DNA from: a bacterium
GTDB taxonomy: Bacteria > Patescibacteriota > Minisyncoccia > UBA6257 > JAGOQP01
NCBI GenBank assembly: GCA_021780615.1
Contig: JAJXYJ010000021.1
Span: 3,819 to 67,818, forward strand
DNA length: 64,000 bases
Direction: 5' to 3'
Shown: positions 32,396 to 43,478 of the stretch, piece by piece
Position numbering within the stretch: the first letter of the stretch is position 1
Layout: every line of letters starts with the position of its first letter
Program-made: the position numbers and the translations under genes
The notes under the pieces: model-generated
Seen by the model: the letters and a program-made list of their open reading frames with translations, nothing else
The model's database searches: none
What the model was told of the DNA's origin: nothing

Positions 32396-34675
32396 ATGGC
32401 ATACATTGGTTTAACATCATCAGAGGCACGTGATCGTCTCATGCAATATGGCCCCAATACTATAGAAGAGAAAAAAACTCTTTTTATTGTAAAACTATTC
32501 CGTTGGATTGTTTCACCCATATCGCTCATGCTTATCGCCGCTGCGATACTATCGTATGTGGCGGGAAAATATTTTGACGTGTGGTTTATTGTGGGACTGA
32601 TGATGCTTAATCTTGGTGTTACCTTTTGGCAGGAACATAAAGCTGACGCAGCCATTGAAAAACTCAAAGAACATTTAACAACGCAGGTGCGCGTACTTCG
32701 CGATGGAGTATGGACGGCGATGCCTTCCAGCAACATAGTTCCCGGTGACGTTATAAAATTATTCGGAGGTAATATTGTTTCTGCGGATGTGCAGTTACAG
32801 GATATCGTACATCTTTCTATTAATGATGCGGCGGTAACTGGCGAGTCATTGCCACAGGAAAAGAAGGTAGGAGACACGCTCTATGCCGGATCATTTGTGG
32901 TCAGTGGGCAGGCAGTGGCGACGGTAACGGCAACGGGATCGCATACGTATTTCGGTAAAACACTTCTTTCTGTCCAAAAGACATCGCGTCGCAGTATTTT
33001 GGAGCAAGATATTTTGCGTATATCAAAGTTTCTTTCATTGGCAAGCGTAGTTGTGGTGGTGCTGTTGACCGGTCTTTTTTTGTGGTATCGCATTGCATTG
33101 GTAAATATTCTAACCCTAGATTTAAGTTTGGTCATCGCGGGTATTCCTATATCGCTTCCCACAGTCATGACGCTTATTATCAGTTTGGGAGTGTTAGAGC
33201 TTTCTAAAAAAAATGTCATCGTCAAACGTCTTTCATCATTGGAGGACTTGGCAAACGTGCAGGTGCTTTTTAGCGACAAGACCGGCACCCTGACTAAAAA
33301 TGAAATTCACGTGACCAACATCATTGCCTATGGCACATCGGAAGAGAGCATCATCCGCGCCGCCGCACTCGCTTCAATAAAAGATGATGAGTCATCAATT
33401 AATAAGGCTATTTTGGATAAGGCGCGGGATATGCGCATTGCTGTCAATGAAAAAGATGTTATTTCTTTTATTCCGGCCGATAGCGAACGGAAAAGAAGTT
33501 TTGCGGTTGTCATGAGCGAGGGGGTCAATGAAGCCATTAGTGTTGGTGCGCCACAAATCATTGCTTCATTATGTGCGATGCATGCGGATACGTTTGATAC
33601 GGATGTCGAACATGCGGCCAAGCAGGGATATCGCTCTTTGGCAGTAGCAGTAAAGGAGGGAAGTAGTCAGGAGCAGGGCATGCGCATGATTGGTATACTG
33701 CTTATTTCAGATATTTTGCGTGACGATGCAAAAAACGTGGTGGAATTTCTGCGCGCCAATGGCGTGGATGTGCGCATGGTGACTGGTGATCATCGGGCAA
33801 TCGGCGAACGCATTGCTCAAGATGTCGGTATTGCCCCCGATAAGGTGTATGCGGAAATACTTCCTGCTGATAAATTAAAATTAGTTGAGGCAGAAAAAAA
33901 GCAGGCGGTTGTTGCGGCAACGGGGGATGGTATCAATGATTTGCCCGCCATAAAGACGGCTGACGTGGGTATTGCGGTGAGCAATGCCGTGGACGCATTA
34001 AAAAGTGGAGCAGACATCGTACTGCTTTCATCAGGTATTGGGGTTATCAAAGACGCCATCATTGAAGCGAGAAAAATTTTTGCACGGCTCTATACCTATT
34101 CTATCTACCGTATGTCTGAGAGTTTTCGACTCATTGTGACGATTGCGGTGTTGGGAATTATATATCATACCTACCCGCTTGAACCGCTTCAGCTTATTTT
34201 GTTGGCGTTCCTCAATGATGTGCCTATTATTTCGCTGGCAGTGGATCGGGTAACCGTTGTCTCAAAGCCGTCGACCATTCGGGTTGCCGATAGATTCATC
34301 CTCAGCGCCTTGTATGGTCTCACCGGCATTGCCAATAGCCTCGTACTCTTTTTTATTATCAAAGACATTGTGCATCTTCCTTGGAATATCATTGAAACAA
34401 TATTCTTCCTCAAGCTCGCGATATCAGGGCATATGTTGGTGTATGTAGCACACACCAAAGAACGATGGTGGAGGTTTTTGCCCAGCAAGGCGGTTATTCT
34501 GGCTACCGCGGGAACACAGGTGGTGGCGACTCTATTTGCGCTGGTGGGCATTTTTATGCCGGCAATTCCCGTCATATGGATTGTGGTGGTGTGGGTGTGG
34601 GCGTTTGGATGGATGCAAATTTCAGAACTCGCTAAAATGTTTCATAAGAAATACATCCGTCCGAGACTGGGATAG
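32396..34675 (+). CDS. P-type ATPase, probably type IIIA H+-exporting
   Basis: TGES, GIPISLP, DKTGTLT, MVTGD, GDGIND, LND in M6. Confidence 0.9.
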   Translation: MAYIGLTSSEARDRLMQYGPNTIEEKKTLFIVKLFRWIVSPISLMLIAAAILSYVAGKYFDVWFIVGLMMLNLGVTFWQEHKADAAIEKLKEHLTTQVRVLRDGVWTAMPSSNIVPGDVIKLFGGNIVSADVQLQDIVHLSINDAAVTGESLPQEKKVGDTLYAGSFVVSGQAVATVTATGSHTYFGKTLLSVQKTSRRSILEQDILRISKFLSLASVVVVVLLTGLFLWYRIALVNILTLDLSLVIAGIPISLPTVMTLIISLGVLELSKKNVIVKRLSSLEDLANVQVLFSDKTGTLTKNEIHVTNIIAYGTSEESIIRAAALASIKDDESSINKAILDKARDMRIAVNEKDVISFIPADSERKRSFAVVMSEGVNEAISVGAPQIIASLCAMHADTFDTDVEHAAKQGYRSLAVAVKEGSSQEQGMRMIGILLISDILRDDAKNVVEFLRANGVDVRMVTGDHRAIGERIAQDVGIAPDKVYAEILPADKLKLVEAEKKQAVVAATGDGINDLPAIKTADVGIAVSNAVDALKSGADIVLLSSGIGVIKDAIIEARKIFARLYTYSIYRMSESFRLIVTIAVLGIIYHTYPLEPLQLILLAFLNDVPIISLAVDRVTVVSKPSTIRVADRFILSALYGLTGIANSLVLFFIIKDIVHLPWNIIETIFFLKLAISGHMLVYVAHTKERWWRFLPSKAVILATAGTQVVATLFALVGIFMPAIPVIWIVVVWVWAFGWMQISELAKMFHKKYIRPRLG

Positions 34676-34687
34676 ACCCGAAGCGGG

Positions 34688-34820
34688 AATTTTCATTTTT
34701 CAGTTTTCAATGATCAATGAATTTTTAAATTTTAAAATTGATTAATTGTAAAATTGATTGCCCGGAGGGTCCGCCCTGTTCGACAGGGCGGAAAAATTGT
34801 AAATTGAAAATTGATAATTA
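34688..34820. repeat. AT-rich heptamer-arm element with double stem-loop core
   Basis: TTGATTG-CCCGGAGGG-TCCGC-CCTGTTCGACAGG-GCGGA-AAAATTGTAAATTGAAAATT. Confidence 0.8.
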
Positions 34821-34827
34821 CATTCAT

Positions 34828-35433
34828 ATGTCTTTATTCATCTCCGAACTTCTTCCTAATCCTACCGGCAAAGATACGGCGGGGGAATGGATTGAGCTAT
34901 GCAATACCGATACTGCGCCAGCGTCTCTTGTTGGAAAAAAGTTGTCCGATGCATCGGGAAAGACGTATGCATTTGGCGACGAATCTTTGGCGCCCCATGC
35001 TTGTACTGCATATCCTTATACTCAAACGAAAATAACGTTAAATAATAGCGGTGATACTATTGTGCTTGCCGATGCGCAGGGTGCTCCTATTGATACGATG
35101 CAGTATGCCGAATCGATGGGCGACGATATTGCCGTGGCGCGAGATCAGGCAATGCATACGGTACTTACCAGCAACCCAACGCCGGGAAAAGAAAATATTA
35201 TTGTTGCTCCTGTGCCCAATACCAGAAACACCACAGGGGGTTGGGATGTCGGATATAACACACAGACAACGTACGAAACTGCGACAACAAGCGATGATGC
35301 GGCCAATGATCAGTCGACACTATCAGATACATCCATTGCTGATGTTATGGGTGCCGGAGCGCTCATTGCATTGTGCGCGACAATATCTTTCTGGTATTTT
35401 TTTAAGAAATTAAAGAATACACCTTCCTCATAA
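34828..35433 (+). CDS. Lamin-tail-domain surface protein with C-terminal TM
   Basis: ISELLPNP, EWIELCN, LNNSGD, PTPGKEN. Confidence 0.85.
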   Translation: MSLFISELLPNPTGKDTAGEWIELCNTDTAPASLVGKKLSDASGKTYAFGDESLAPHACTAYPYTQTKITLNNSGDTIVLADAQGAPIDTMQYAESMGDDIAVARDQAMHTVLTSNPTPGKENIIVAPVPNTRNTTGGWDVGYNTQTTYETATTSDDAANDQSTLSDTSIADVMGAGALIALCATISFWYFFKKLKNTPSS

Positions 35434-35434
35434 T

Positions 35435-37102
35435 ATGACCTCCCGTCGCCTATACACCATTCTCATTATTGCCGTTTTGACGACGGTATTTTTATATGGA
35501 CTACACAGCATCGCTGATTTTGATACGGGATATCATCTGCAAACCGGGCACTACATTGTCACCCATGGTACGGTACCATTGTATGATATTTTTTCTTTAC
35601 AGGGAGTGGGGATGCGATGGATTGCGCATTACTGGCTTTCGGATGTTTTCTTTTTTCTCGTCTATGCGCTGAGCGGCTATGGAGGGCTCATTGTCTTGGT
35701 GGGAGCAATGGCGGCACTGACATGGTGGATGGTCATGCGTACTGCATACCAATACACGGGAAAAAGTTTTCTGGTGCCACTGTTGCTTTTACTCTACACC
35801 TATCTCACATACGAATTGTGGGTAGTTCGTCCGCAGATATTTACCTATGCCGCGACTGCGCTGGTGATATATCTTTTGGAGCGATGGCGGCGAACTGAAA
35901 ACAAAAAAATTCTTGTCGGCGTTATTGCGCTTATGGTGGTGTGGGCAAATCTTCATGCGGGAGTCATTCTCGGTATCGCTATTGTGGGATTGTACGGTAT
36001 CGCGTATGCGTATCATCGTCGTGCGCAGATACGGGACGCTATTATGCCGCTTGGGTTATTTGTTGCCGCCATTGCAGTGACACTCCTTAATCCGAATGGG
36101 TATGCGACGCTATGGTATGGACAGATCATAGAAAATTCCATTCAAACGGTGGGAACATTGGAGTGGAAATCACTTTTGTATTTTCTTCCCGATACCATTG
36201 AATCCAAAATATTTTTGGCCCTTATGGTTGTCGTCGCGGCGCATGTGGGGTGGGTTGTTTTCGGGCGCATCCGCCGTACGCGAGCTGTTTCTCAGGAGGA
36301 TATTGTGTCGTTGGGGTTGTTGGCGGGAGCATGCGCATTGCCGCTTATGTCTATTCGGCATGTGGGGCTGTTTCTTATTATGACATTTCCTCTTTTTGTC
36401 ATGAGTGTGCAAACACTGTATGCGCATCGCGTATCATTACACGTACGAAAAACTTTTTTGTTGGGGGCCATGGGGCTAGTGGGAATTTTTTGCATTGGGG
36501 GACTGGTGCATGTACTGGGATTGCAGGAAATAAATGATCACATGCTTCCGGTGGGTGCCGTGCAGTTTATACAGGATCACCACATTGCCGGTCCGACGTT
36601 TAATAATATGGAAATGGGAGGGTATTTGATTTGGACATTGTGGCCTCAACAGAAAGTATTGTTTGACGGCAGAAGCGAGATATATGCCGGTGCGGCGAAT
36701 GACAACTATGTTTCAATATTTTTAGGATCAGCCGGATGGCAGAAAGCATGGGATGCATATCATCCGAATAATGTATTGTTGGCATATCGGGATACCAATG
36801 GTGTTCCTGCGCCGATTGTGGGCAATCTTATCGCGCGCTTGCAGAGCATGGGATATGACCTGGTGTACTGGGACGATGCAGCAGTTCTATTGCTCAAAGA
36901 CACGCCGGAAAATAAATCTATTATTGATGCATACATGTATCACGACATTGGTCCTTTTATTAATCCCGCTTCTATTCCGGCAGGGGAGGTAAAAAATGCG
37001 ATGACAGAAGTACACCGCGCCCTTGATGCGGCATCCGATTCCATAGAGGTACAAAACTTTGCGACACTGCTGTTGCAACGCATAAAAAATAATTATCAAT
37101 GA
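35435..37102 (+). CDS. Multi-TM protein, GT-C-like glycosyltransferase candidate
   Basis: DFDTGYHL first loop, RPQIF, WANLHAG, LLNPNG, FDGRSEIY. Confidence 0.7.
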   Translation: MTSRRLYTILIIAVLTTVFLYGLHSIADFDTGYHLQTGHYIVTHGTVPLYDIFSLQGVGMRWIAHYWLSDVFFFLVYALSGYGGLIVLVGAMAALTWWMVMRTAYQYTGKSFLVPLLLLLYTYLTYELWVVRPQIFTYAATALVIYLLERWRRTENKKILVGVIALMVVWANLHAGVILGIAIVGLYGIAYAYHRRAQIRDAIMPLGLFVAAIAVTLLNPNGYATLWYGQIIENSIQTVGTLEWKSLLYFLPDTIESKIFLALMVVVAAHVGWVVFGRIRRTRAVSQEDIVSLGLLAGACALPLMSIRHVGLFLIMTFPLFVMSVQTLYAHRVSLHVRKTFLLGAMGLVGIFCIGGLVHVLGLQEINDHMLPVGAVQFIQDHHIAGPTFNNMEMGGYLIWTLWPQQKVLFDGRSEIYAGAANDNYVSIFLGSAGWQKAWDAYHPNNVLLAYRDTNGVPAPIVGNLIARLQSMGYDLVYWDDAAVLLLKDTPENKSIIDAYMYHDIGPFINPASIPAGEVKNAMTEVHRALDAASDSIEVQNFATLLLQRIKNNYQ

Positions 37103-37190
37103 CCAATTTCCAATGATCAATAAATTATTCAGTTTAATAATTTTATAATTTAAAAATTGATTGAAAATTGTAAATTGAAAACTGAAAATT
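37090..37190. repeat. AT-rich heptamer hairpin element overlapping upstream stop codon
   Basis: Left arm AATTATC AATGACC AATTTCC AATGATC, right arm TTGAAAA TTGTAAA TTGAAAA CTGAAAA. Confidence 0.75.
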
Positions 37191-37240
37191 TGCGGTTGCC
37201 GCGTTATCCCCACCTTATACCCAAACACGCCTTGTGAAGC

Positions 37241-37269
37241 TTGACAAGATATAGTCACTCAATTATACT
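37241..37269 (+). promoter_or_regulatory. Promoter of 23S-5S unit
   Basis: TTGACA-17 bp-TATACT about 300 nt upstream of the 23S 5' end. Confidence 0.8.
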
Positions 37270-37848
37270 CACCCCCATGGTGCTTTATATACAAAAGATA
37301 CGCGGGTGAAACGGTGCCGGCTTTATGTTGTCACACCTCATCCGCCGCGCGCGGATTTTTTATGCCACGACAGTCTTTTGAGAAAGTGCTCGTCCTTCAA
37401 AAACATAGGGGATTTAAGAAAGCGTCGCTGACTGATCCCATATCAGAACAATTGAGCAATGTAAACTCAATGTAGGTATGCTTTTTGCAGGACATAACAC
37501 TTCTGTAAAAAGTAGAGAAATGCATTTTCATCCTGCGTATGAACAATACAAAAGGATATGATCAAAAAATGAGCGTTTACTCAAGGGCGTATGGTGGATG
37601 CCTTGACACTGCATGGCGATGAAGGACGTAGCGTAGCTGCGAAAAGTCTCGGGGAGGTGCGTAGCAACCTGTGATCCGGGAATATCCGAATGGGGCAACC
37701 CAGTTGCGTAAACCGCAACTATCTCAACACATAAGATGTTGAGGAGCGAACCCGCTGAAGTGAAACATCCCAGTAAGCGGAGGAAAATAGAACGAATGTT
37801 ATTCCCCTAGTAGCGGCGAGCGAAAAGGGAATGAGCCCAAACCTAGAC

Positions 37849-37996
37849 GCATCTCACCAAGGTAAGATGCTTGGGAATTATCAATTTCCAATTTCCAATT
37901 TTCAATCAATTTTCTAATTTTAAAATTTCTAAATTTATTGATCATTGATAATTGATCATTGAACATTTTCTAAGCACCTCGCTTTCGTGAGGTGCG
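37849..37996 (+). other. 23S intervening sequence 1 (H15 region)
   Basis: Non-rRNA long hairpin between GAGCCCAAACC and GGGGTTGTA. Confidence 0.85.
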
Positions 37997-38258
37997 ACTG
38001 GGGGTTGTAAGATATGTGCGCTTCTTTATATTTCGCCAAGTACTTGGCATCTCAAGTATTGGGCGATGTATGAAGTTAAGGAAGAGTTACAAATTATTTT
38101 GCTAGCAGAACCTTGTGGAACCGAGGACCGTAGAGGGCGAACGTCCCGTATGCGAAAGCAAAATAACTCTTTAGCATGTAATCTTGAGTACCTCGAAAAA
38201 TGAATGTTTCGAGGGAATCATCCCGCACTATCGGGAAAGGCTAAATACGTGCAGTGAT

Positions 38259-38295
<37 letters not shown>

Positions 38296-39693
38296 CAGGC
38301 CGGCGAGGCCGATGAAATAGAACCTGAAACCATATGCCTACAAGGAACGGGAGCTCTAACTCCGATTTATCGGAGGGAGTGACCGTGTGCCTATTGAAGA
38401 ATGAGCCAACGAGTTTTTGTGTATCGCTGTCTAAGTTCCACGGAACGGAGGCAAAGCGAAAGCGAGTCTTAAAAGGGCGAAATAAAAAGCGGTACGCATA
38501 AGACCCGAAGCCAGGTGAGCTTGCCATGAGCAGGGTGAAGTCTCGAGAAATCGAGATGGAGGCCCGAACCGGTTGGTTGTGCAAAACCTTCGGATGACTT
38601 GTGGTAGGGAGTGAAAAGCTAATCGAACCTGGTAATAGCTGGTTCTCTCCGAAATAGTTTTAGGACTAGCGTCCCGGAAAAACGCTACAGGGGTAGAGCG
38701 ACTGGTAGAGAAGTAAAGGGGGAAACCTCGCCTTCTCTGTCAAACTCCGAATACTGTAGTGAACGCCGGGGCAGTCAGAATGTGGGGGCTAAGCTCCATG
38801 TTCGCGAGGGGAAGAGCCCAGACCGTCAATTAAGGTCCCTAAATCTATGCTCAGTGTAAAAAGTAGTGATTTGCCTCAGACAGGTAGGAGGTTGGCTTAG
38901 AGGTAGCCATCCTTTAAAGAGTGTGTAACAACCCACTACTAGATGGCAGGTTGCGCTGAAAATTTACCGGGGCTAAGCATAGTACCGAAATTACGGATTT
39001 CCTTTATTATTTATAATAAAGGGAGTGGTAGGAGAGCATTCCGTATGCGCTGAAGCCGGACCCGTGAGGGCCTGTGGAGCGTACGGAAGGGAGAATGTTG
39101 GTATGAGTAACCGCAATCCCGATGAGAATTCGGGACCCCGAAAATCCAAGGTTTCCTCCGCAATGGAAGTCAGCGGAGGGTTAGGCGGTCCTAAGGCAAT
39201 GGCGAAAGCCGCAGCTGATGGACAGCAGGTTAATATTCCTGCCCGCCTGTACGGTCCGATGGAGGGACGATGTGTAGTATATAGAGTGTCTCAGTGGTTT
39301 GGCATCCTTAACTGAGGATCTCCGGTAGGCAAATCCGCCGGGGTGCTTTTAATGGCAAATCTAAGGAAAGAGGTGATGTCCGCCTTTGGCGGGTAAAGTT
39401 TATAAAGCACACATCCAAGAAAATCTTCTAAGGATAACCGTATAGGCTCCGTACCGTAAACCGACACTGGTGGGTGAGGCGAGAAGCCTCAGGGGAACGA
39501 GTGAGTCATCCTCAAGGAACTCGGCAAAAAAGCGACTGTAACTTAGGAATAAAGTCTGCCCTGAGCAATCAGGGCCGCAGCGAAAGTATCTCTGGCGACT
39601 GTTTACTAAAAACACAGCTCCCTGCAAACTCGTAAGAGGAAGTATAGGGGGTGACACCTGACCGATGCGAGAAGGTTAACGGTGGAGGTGTAT

Positions 39694-39861
39694 GCATCTC
39701 ACCAAGGCGAGATGCTTGGGAAATTTTTAATTTCCAATTTTGTAATTTTTAAATAAATCTTAATTTTTAATGTTTTAAACATTATGATTTTGAATTTATT
39801 TACAAAATTCAAAAATTAAAAATTATAAAATTATCTTGAGCACCCAGCTTTTGTGAGGTGT
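39694..39861 (+). other. 23S intervening sequence 2 (H68 apex)
   Basis: Non-rRNA long hairpin between GAAGGTTAA and CGAAGCCC; ends homologous to IVS1. Confidence 0.85.
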
Positions 39862-40611
39862 ATATGCTTACTGCCCGAAGCCCTCGTCAATGTCAGCGGT
39901 AACTATAACCGTTCTAAGGTAGCGCATTTCCTTTCCGGGTAAGTTCCGGAGCGCACGAATGGTGTAACGACTGGAGAACTGTCTCGAGGATGAGCTCGGT
40001 GAAAATGCGATTCCCGTGAAGACGCGGGGTACCTGCAGCGGGACGAAAAGACCCCAGGAGCTTTACTGCAGCTTGATATTGGTAGTAGAGTTTGTATGCG
40101 TAGCATAGTGAGGAGGCTTTGAAGTTTGTCTTTCGGGGCAGATGGAGCCGACAGTGAAATACTCATCTTGCGAATTTTACTCTCTAACCTTGCGGGCAAA
40201 AACCGTAGGGGACAGTGTCTGGTGGGCAGTTTTAATGGGGCGTTATCCTCCTAAAAAGTAACGGAGGAGTTTAAAGGTCAACTTAGTCCGGATGGAAATC
40301 GGACTGAAAGTGTAAAGGCAGAAGTTGGCTTAACGGCAAGACGTACGTGTCGCGCCGATGCGAAAGCAGAACTTAGTGACCCGACGGTAATGTTAAACAC
40401 TTTTTTTAAAAGAGTTTGACTCTTCATAGGAAGGCCGGAGACAACGGATAAAAGCTACCCTGGGGATAACAGGCTGGTGAGGTCCAAGAGTCCATATCGA
40501 CGACCTCGCTCGGCACCTCGATGTCGGCTCACCCTAGCGCGGGGCTGGAGAAGGTCCCAAGCGTTTGGCTGTTCGCCAATTAAAAGGGTACGCGAGCTGG
40601 GTTTAGACCGT

Positions 40612-41117
40612 TCAGATGCCAAATATATAGTTTGGCAGATGGACAGTCTAAATCCCATGAGGCGTTATTCTAAATTATTTCAAATTTCAAATCTTTTCGT
40701 TTCAAACTAGATTAAATATAACCAATAGATCACGGCGGTCATACGTAGAAATATGTATGTATCAAGATAGCTTATTTCGGAGAATTCCCACCCGCAGATG
40801 CGGAGGAGGACCCCGAGGGAAACCTGACTATGCAGTGCATGGAATTTTTAATTTTAAATTTTGTAATTTTTATTGAATTTTTAATGTTTTAATTTTAAAT
40901 TTTAAAATTGATTCATTTATAAGTTGATTGCCCTATAGGGGTCCGCTCATAGCGGAAAAATTGGAAATTGTAAATTGAAAATTATCACTTTTGAAAGTGA
41001 TAAAGGTGCCCGTAGAGACTACACGCTATCCATCCGATTCAATAAGCAGGAGTGTATCCTGATCTTGTCGAAGGATGATGTTATAGTCCAATGCGCATCG
41101 TAATATGCGGAATCATG
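40612..41117 (+). mobile_element. Group I intron at 23S position L2593, no intact homing endonuclease ORF
   Basis: Interrupts TTTAGACCGT|CGTGAGACAG, exon U before and terminal G; R-like GTAGAGACTACACG and S-like ATAGTCC. Confidence 0.93.
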
Positions 41118-41531
41118 CGTGAGACAGGTTGGTCTCTATCTGCTGCAGGCGTTGACACTTGAGGGAAGTTGGCCCTAGTACGAGAGGACCGGGCTGAACG
41201 AACCTCTGGTCTACCAGCTTTGGTACCAACTGAAGCGCTGGGTAGCTATGTTCGGAAGGGATAAGCGCTGAAAGCATCTAAGCACGAAGCCCCTCCCAAG
41301 ATAAGGTGTCTTAGGACCCTGGAAGATGACCAGGTTGATAGGCTCTCGGTGTACGCACAGTAATGTGTTTAGCCAAGGAGTACTAATAGTCCATTTGAAC
41401 GCTCTTTTTTGAGCAGGTATCATGTGTTTCTCTACTTTTTAAAGAAGTGTTATTGAGTGTATACAGTGTGCTTAATTGTTTTGATATTATATAGTGTACG
41501 AAGCAAACGAAAGATAAAAAAATACTTTCAT

Positions 41532-41642
41532 TTGCCGGTGTTTTACCCAAACGTGTCCCACCTCTTCCCATTCCGAACAGAGCAGTGAAAGCGTTTGGGC
41601 CTGATGATACTCCCTCGGGGGGAAAGTAAGGTATGCCGGTAA
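41532..41642 (+). rRNA. rrf: 5S rRNA
   Basis: CCACCTCTTCCCATTCCGAACAGAGCAGTGAA, GATGATACT, GAAAGTAAG; flanking stem AATACTTTCA/TGAAAGTATT. Confidence 0.93.
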
Positions 41643-41741
41643 TTGAAAGTATTTTTTTATTGAGCTTCCACAAAAGAAATTTTTGTTTGAAGGAGAATTA
41701 TAAAAAAGCCCCACAATTTTTGTGGGGTGTTGAAAGAAAGT

Positions 41742-42053
41742 TTATTGTTCACGGATATCACTGATTTTTTGCTCTCCGTATGTTTCCAAGAGTTTCAAAT
41801 GGATGTTTTCCCACTCCTTAAACGCCTTAGAAATAGACATATCCCGAGAACAGAAAGTGAAAATACAGAGTAACTCTCCACTGGTTGAATATCCATCAAT
41901 AGTAATCCATTTAACTGCAAAATTGAAGCTATCACTGATAATAACTCTGCTGATTCCTGGAGTTTTTGTAAACTCATTGATAGAATTTGTGTGCGGGGTC
42001 CTAAAGTGTCTATGTAAAGTACTCTTTAGGATAGAAAATCTTTCCTTTCCCAT
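41742..42053 (-). CDS. Hypothetical protein
   Basis: 103-aa AT-rich ORF with GAGGT RBS, convergent on rRNA terminator. Confidence 0.5.
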   Translation of the reverse strand: MGKERFSILKSTLHRHFRTPHTNSINEFTKTPGISRVIISDSFNFAVKWITIDGYSTSGELLCIFTFCSRDMSISKAFKEWENIHLKLLETYGEQKISDIREQ

Positions 42054-42177
42054 TCTATTAACCTCATTGTTTATTTACTCATTTTAATATTCAATATTTA
42101 TTGATATTAGTCAATTACTTATATATCTTCACAATTTCTTTTCCAAAAGGGATTTTTTTTGTATAATGAGGCATACT

Positions 42178-42262
42178 AATTATCAATTTACGATTTACAA
42201 TTTTCAGCAGATTCCTTTGCTAGGAATATAATCGAATTGTAAAATGTAAAATGTAAATTATT
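42178..42262. repeat. AT-rich heptamer hairpin element
   Basis: AATTATC AATTTAC GATTTAC AATTTTC ... TTGTAAA ATGTAAA ATGTAAA; ends just before ATG 42266. Confidence 0.7.
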
Positions 42263-42265
42263 CTT

Positions 42266-43297
42266 ATGCGATTAGCAAAGCAGATAGTATATGGAACAGT
42301 GTTCCTCATCATTCTCGCGCTCATTGGCTACGGGTTGGTGAGGCTGTTGTATAATCCCGCGCCGTCGTGTTTTGACAATGTCCAAAATCAGGGCGAAACG
42401 GGCGTGGATTGCGGTGGGCCGTGTATCCCGTGCGCCATTAAAAGTCTTCAGCCAATCCAGGTGCAATCTCAAAAAGCATTTAAGGCGTCCGATGGCACTG
42501 GTGTTGCTGTAGAAATTTATAACCCTAATCCTGATTGGGGAGCGCAGTCATTTGATTATACCATCACCCTTAAGGATCAATTTGGTCATGCGTTGCAAAC
42601 AGAATCAGGAAAGTCCTTTATATACCCGGGGGAACTCAAATATATTATTGAGCCATATATTAAACAGGACGTTAGTACGGTCACCTCAGTTGCAACGCAA
42701 ATCACCAACCCTCAGTGGATCTCGGGGACTGTCTTTTCAAAACCAAATATTGATGCACAAGGTATTCGTACCGACAAGGATACGCAAGTCTATGTGAGTG
42801 GAAATGTGGTCAATCAATCAGAGTTTCCTTTTGCCTCCGTTGTTGTTGATGCGTTAGTATATAATCGTGATGGAGTATTAATAGCGGCGTCAAAAACAAC
42901 CATTGATGCTATTAAACAATTTAATTCGTCGCCATTTAAAATATCATTTGCACCGGAACTTTCTATATACCAGCCGCAAATCGCACCCAGTATTACCTTT
43001 AGCCGTACGTTTCAATTTGGTGACACGGGTAGTGATGTGAGTAGTTTGCAGGGTATCTTACGGGAATATGGGCTCATGACTACCGATCCGACTGGCTATT
43101 TTGATGATGCGACACGCCAGGCGCTCACACAGTTCCAACAACAGCATGGCATTGCGGCCTCCGGAGCATTTGATACATCCACGATGCAATACGTGCAAAA
43201 TCTTATCACCTCACAAACCCCTCAGCAGAATCAGCAAACAAAGGACACTAGTGTAGATCCTGTCCGCACGCGGGTATTTGTGGAAGCAGAGCACTAA
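42266..43297 (+). CDS. Membrane-anchored protein with Cys-rich motif and peptidoglycan-binding domain
   Basis: TM, SCFDNVQNQGETGVDCGGPC, GDTGSDVSSLQ...TGYFDDATRQALTQFQ. Confidence 0.85.
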   Translation: MRLAKQIVYGTVFLIILALIGYGLVRLLYNPAPSCFDNVQNQGETGVDCGGPCIPCAIKSLQPIQVQSQKAFKASDGTGVAVEIYNPNPDWGAQSFDYTITLKDQFGHALQTESGKSFIYPGELKYIIEPYIKQDVSTVTSVATQITNPQWISGTVFSKPNIDAQGIRTDKDTQVYVSGNVVNQSEFPFASVVVDALVYNRDGVLIAASKTTIDAIKQFNSSPFKISFAPELSIYQPQIAPSITFSRTFQFGDTGSDVSSLQGILREYGLMTTDPTGYFDDATRQALTQFQQQHGIAASGAFDTSTMQYVQNLITSQTPQQNQQTKDTSVDPVRTRVFVEAEH

Positions 43298-43429
43298 ACT
43301 CATTTTCGATTCCCGACATCGAAATTCGCGAGTGGTATGAAAAAAAGAGATGGTAGAATTCTCCGCCCCTTTCTTAAAGAAATTTGAGAAAGGGGCTTTT
43401 TTATTGTACAATTGTCATATAGTTCGTTA

Positions 43430-43460
43430 CTTGATTACTGATTACTGATTACTGATTACT
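43430..43460. repeat. GATTACT x4 tandem repeat upstream of valS
   Basis: TTGATTACTGATTACTGATTACTGATTACT; reverse complement of units at 9468-9557. Confidence 0.8.
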
Positions 43461-43478
43461 ATCTTTCGACTAACTATT

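Noticed and set aside
34738-34827. N-terminal ORF extensions (also 10992-11120, 24402-24608, 30828-30935, 59486-59629)
   Set aside because: They run through repeats, terminators or neighbouring genes; recognisable domains start at downstream Met codons.
37270-37570. tRNA or 16S remnant in the 23S leader
   Set aside because: No cloverleaf, T-loop or 16S 3'-end motif found.
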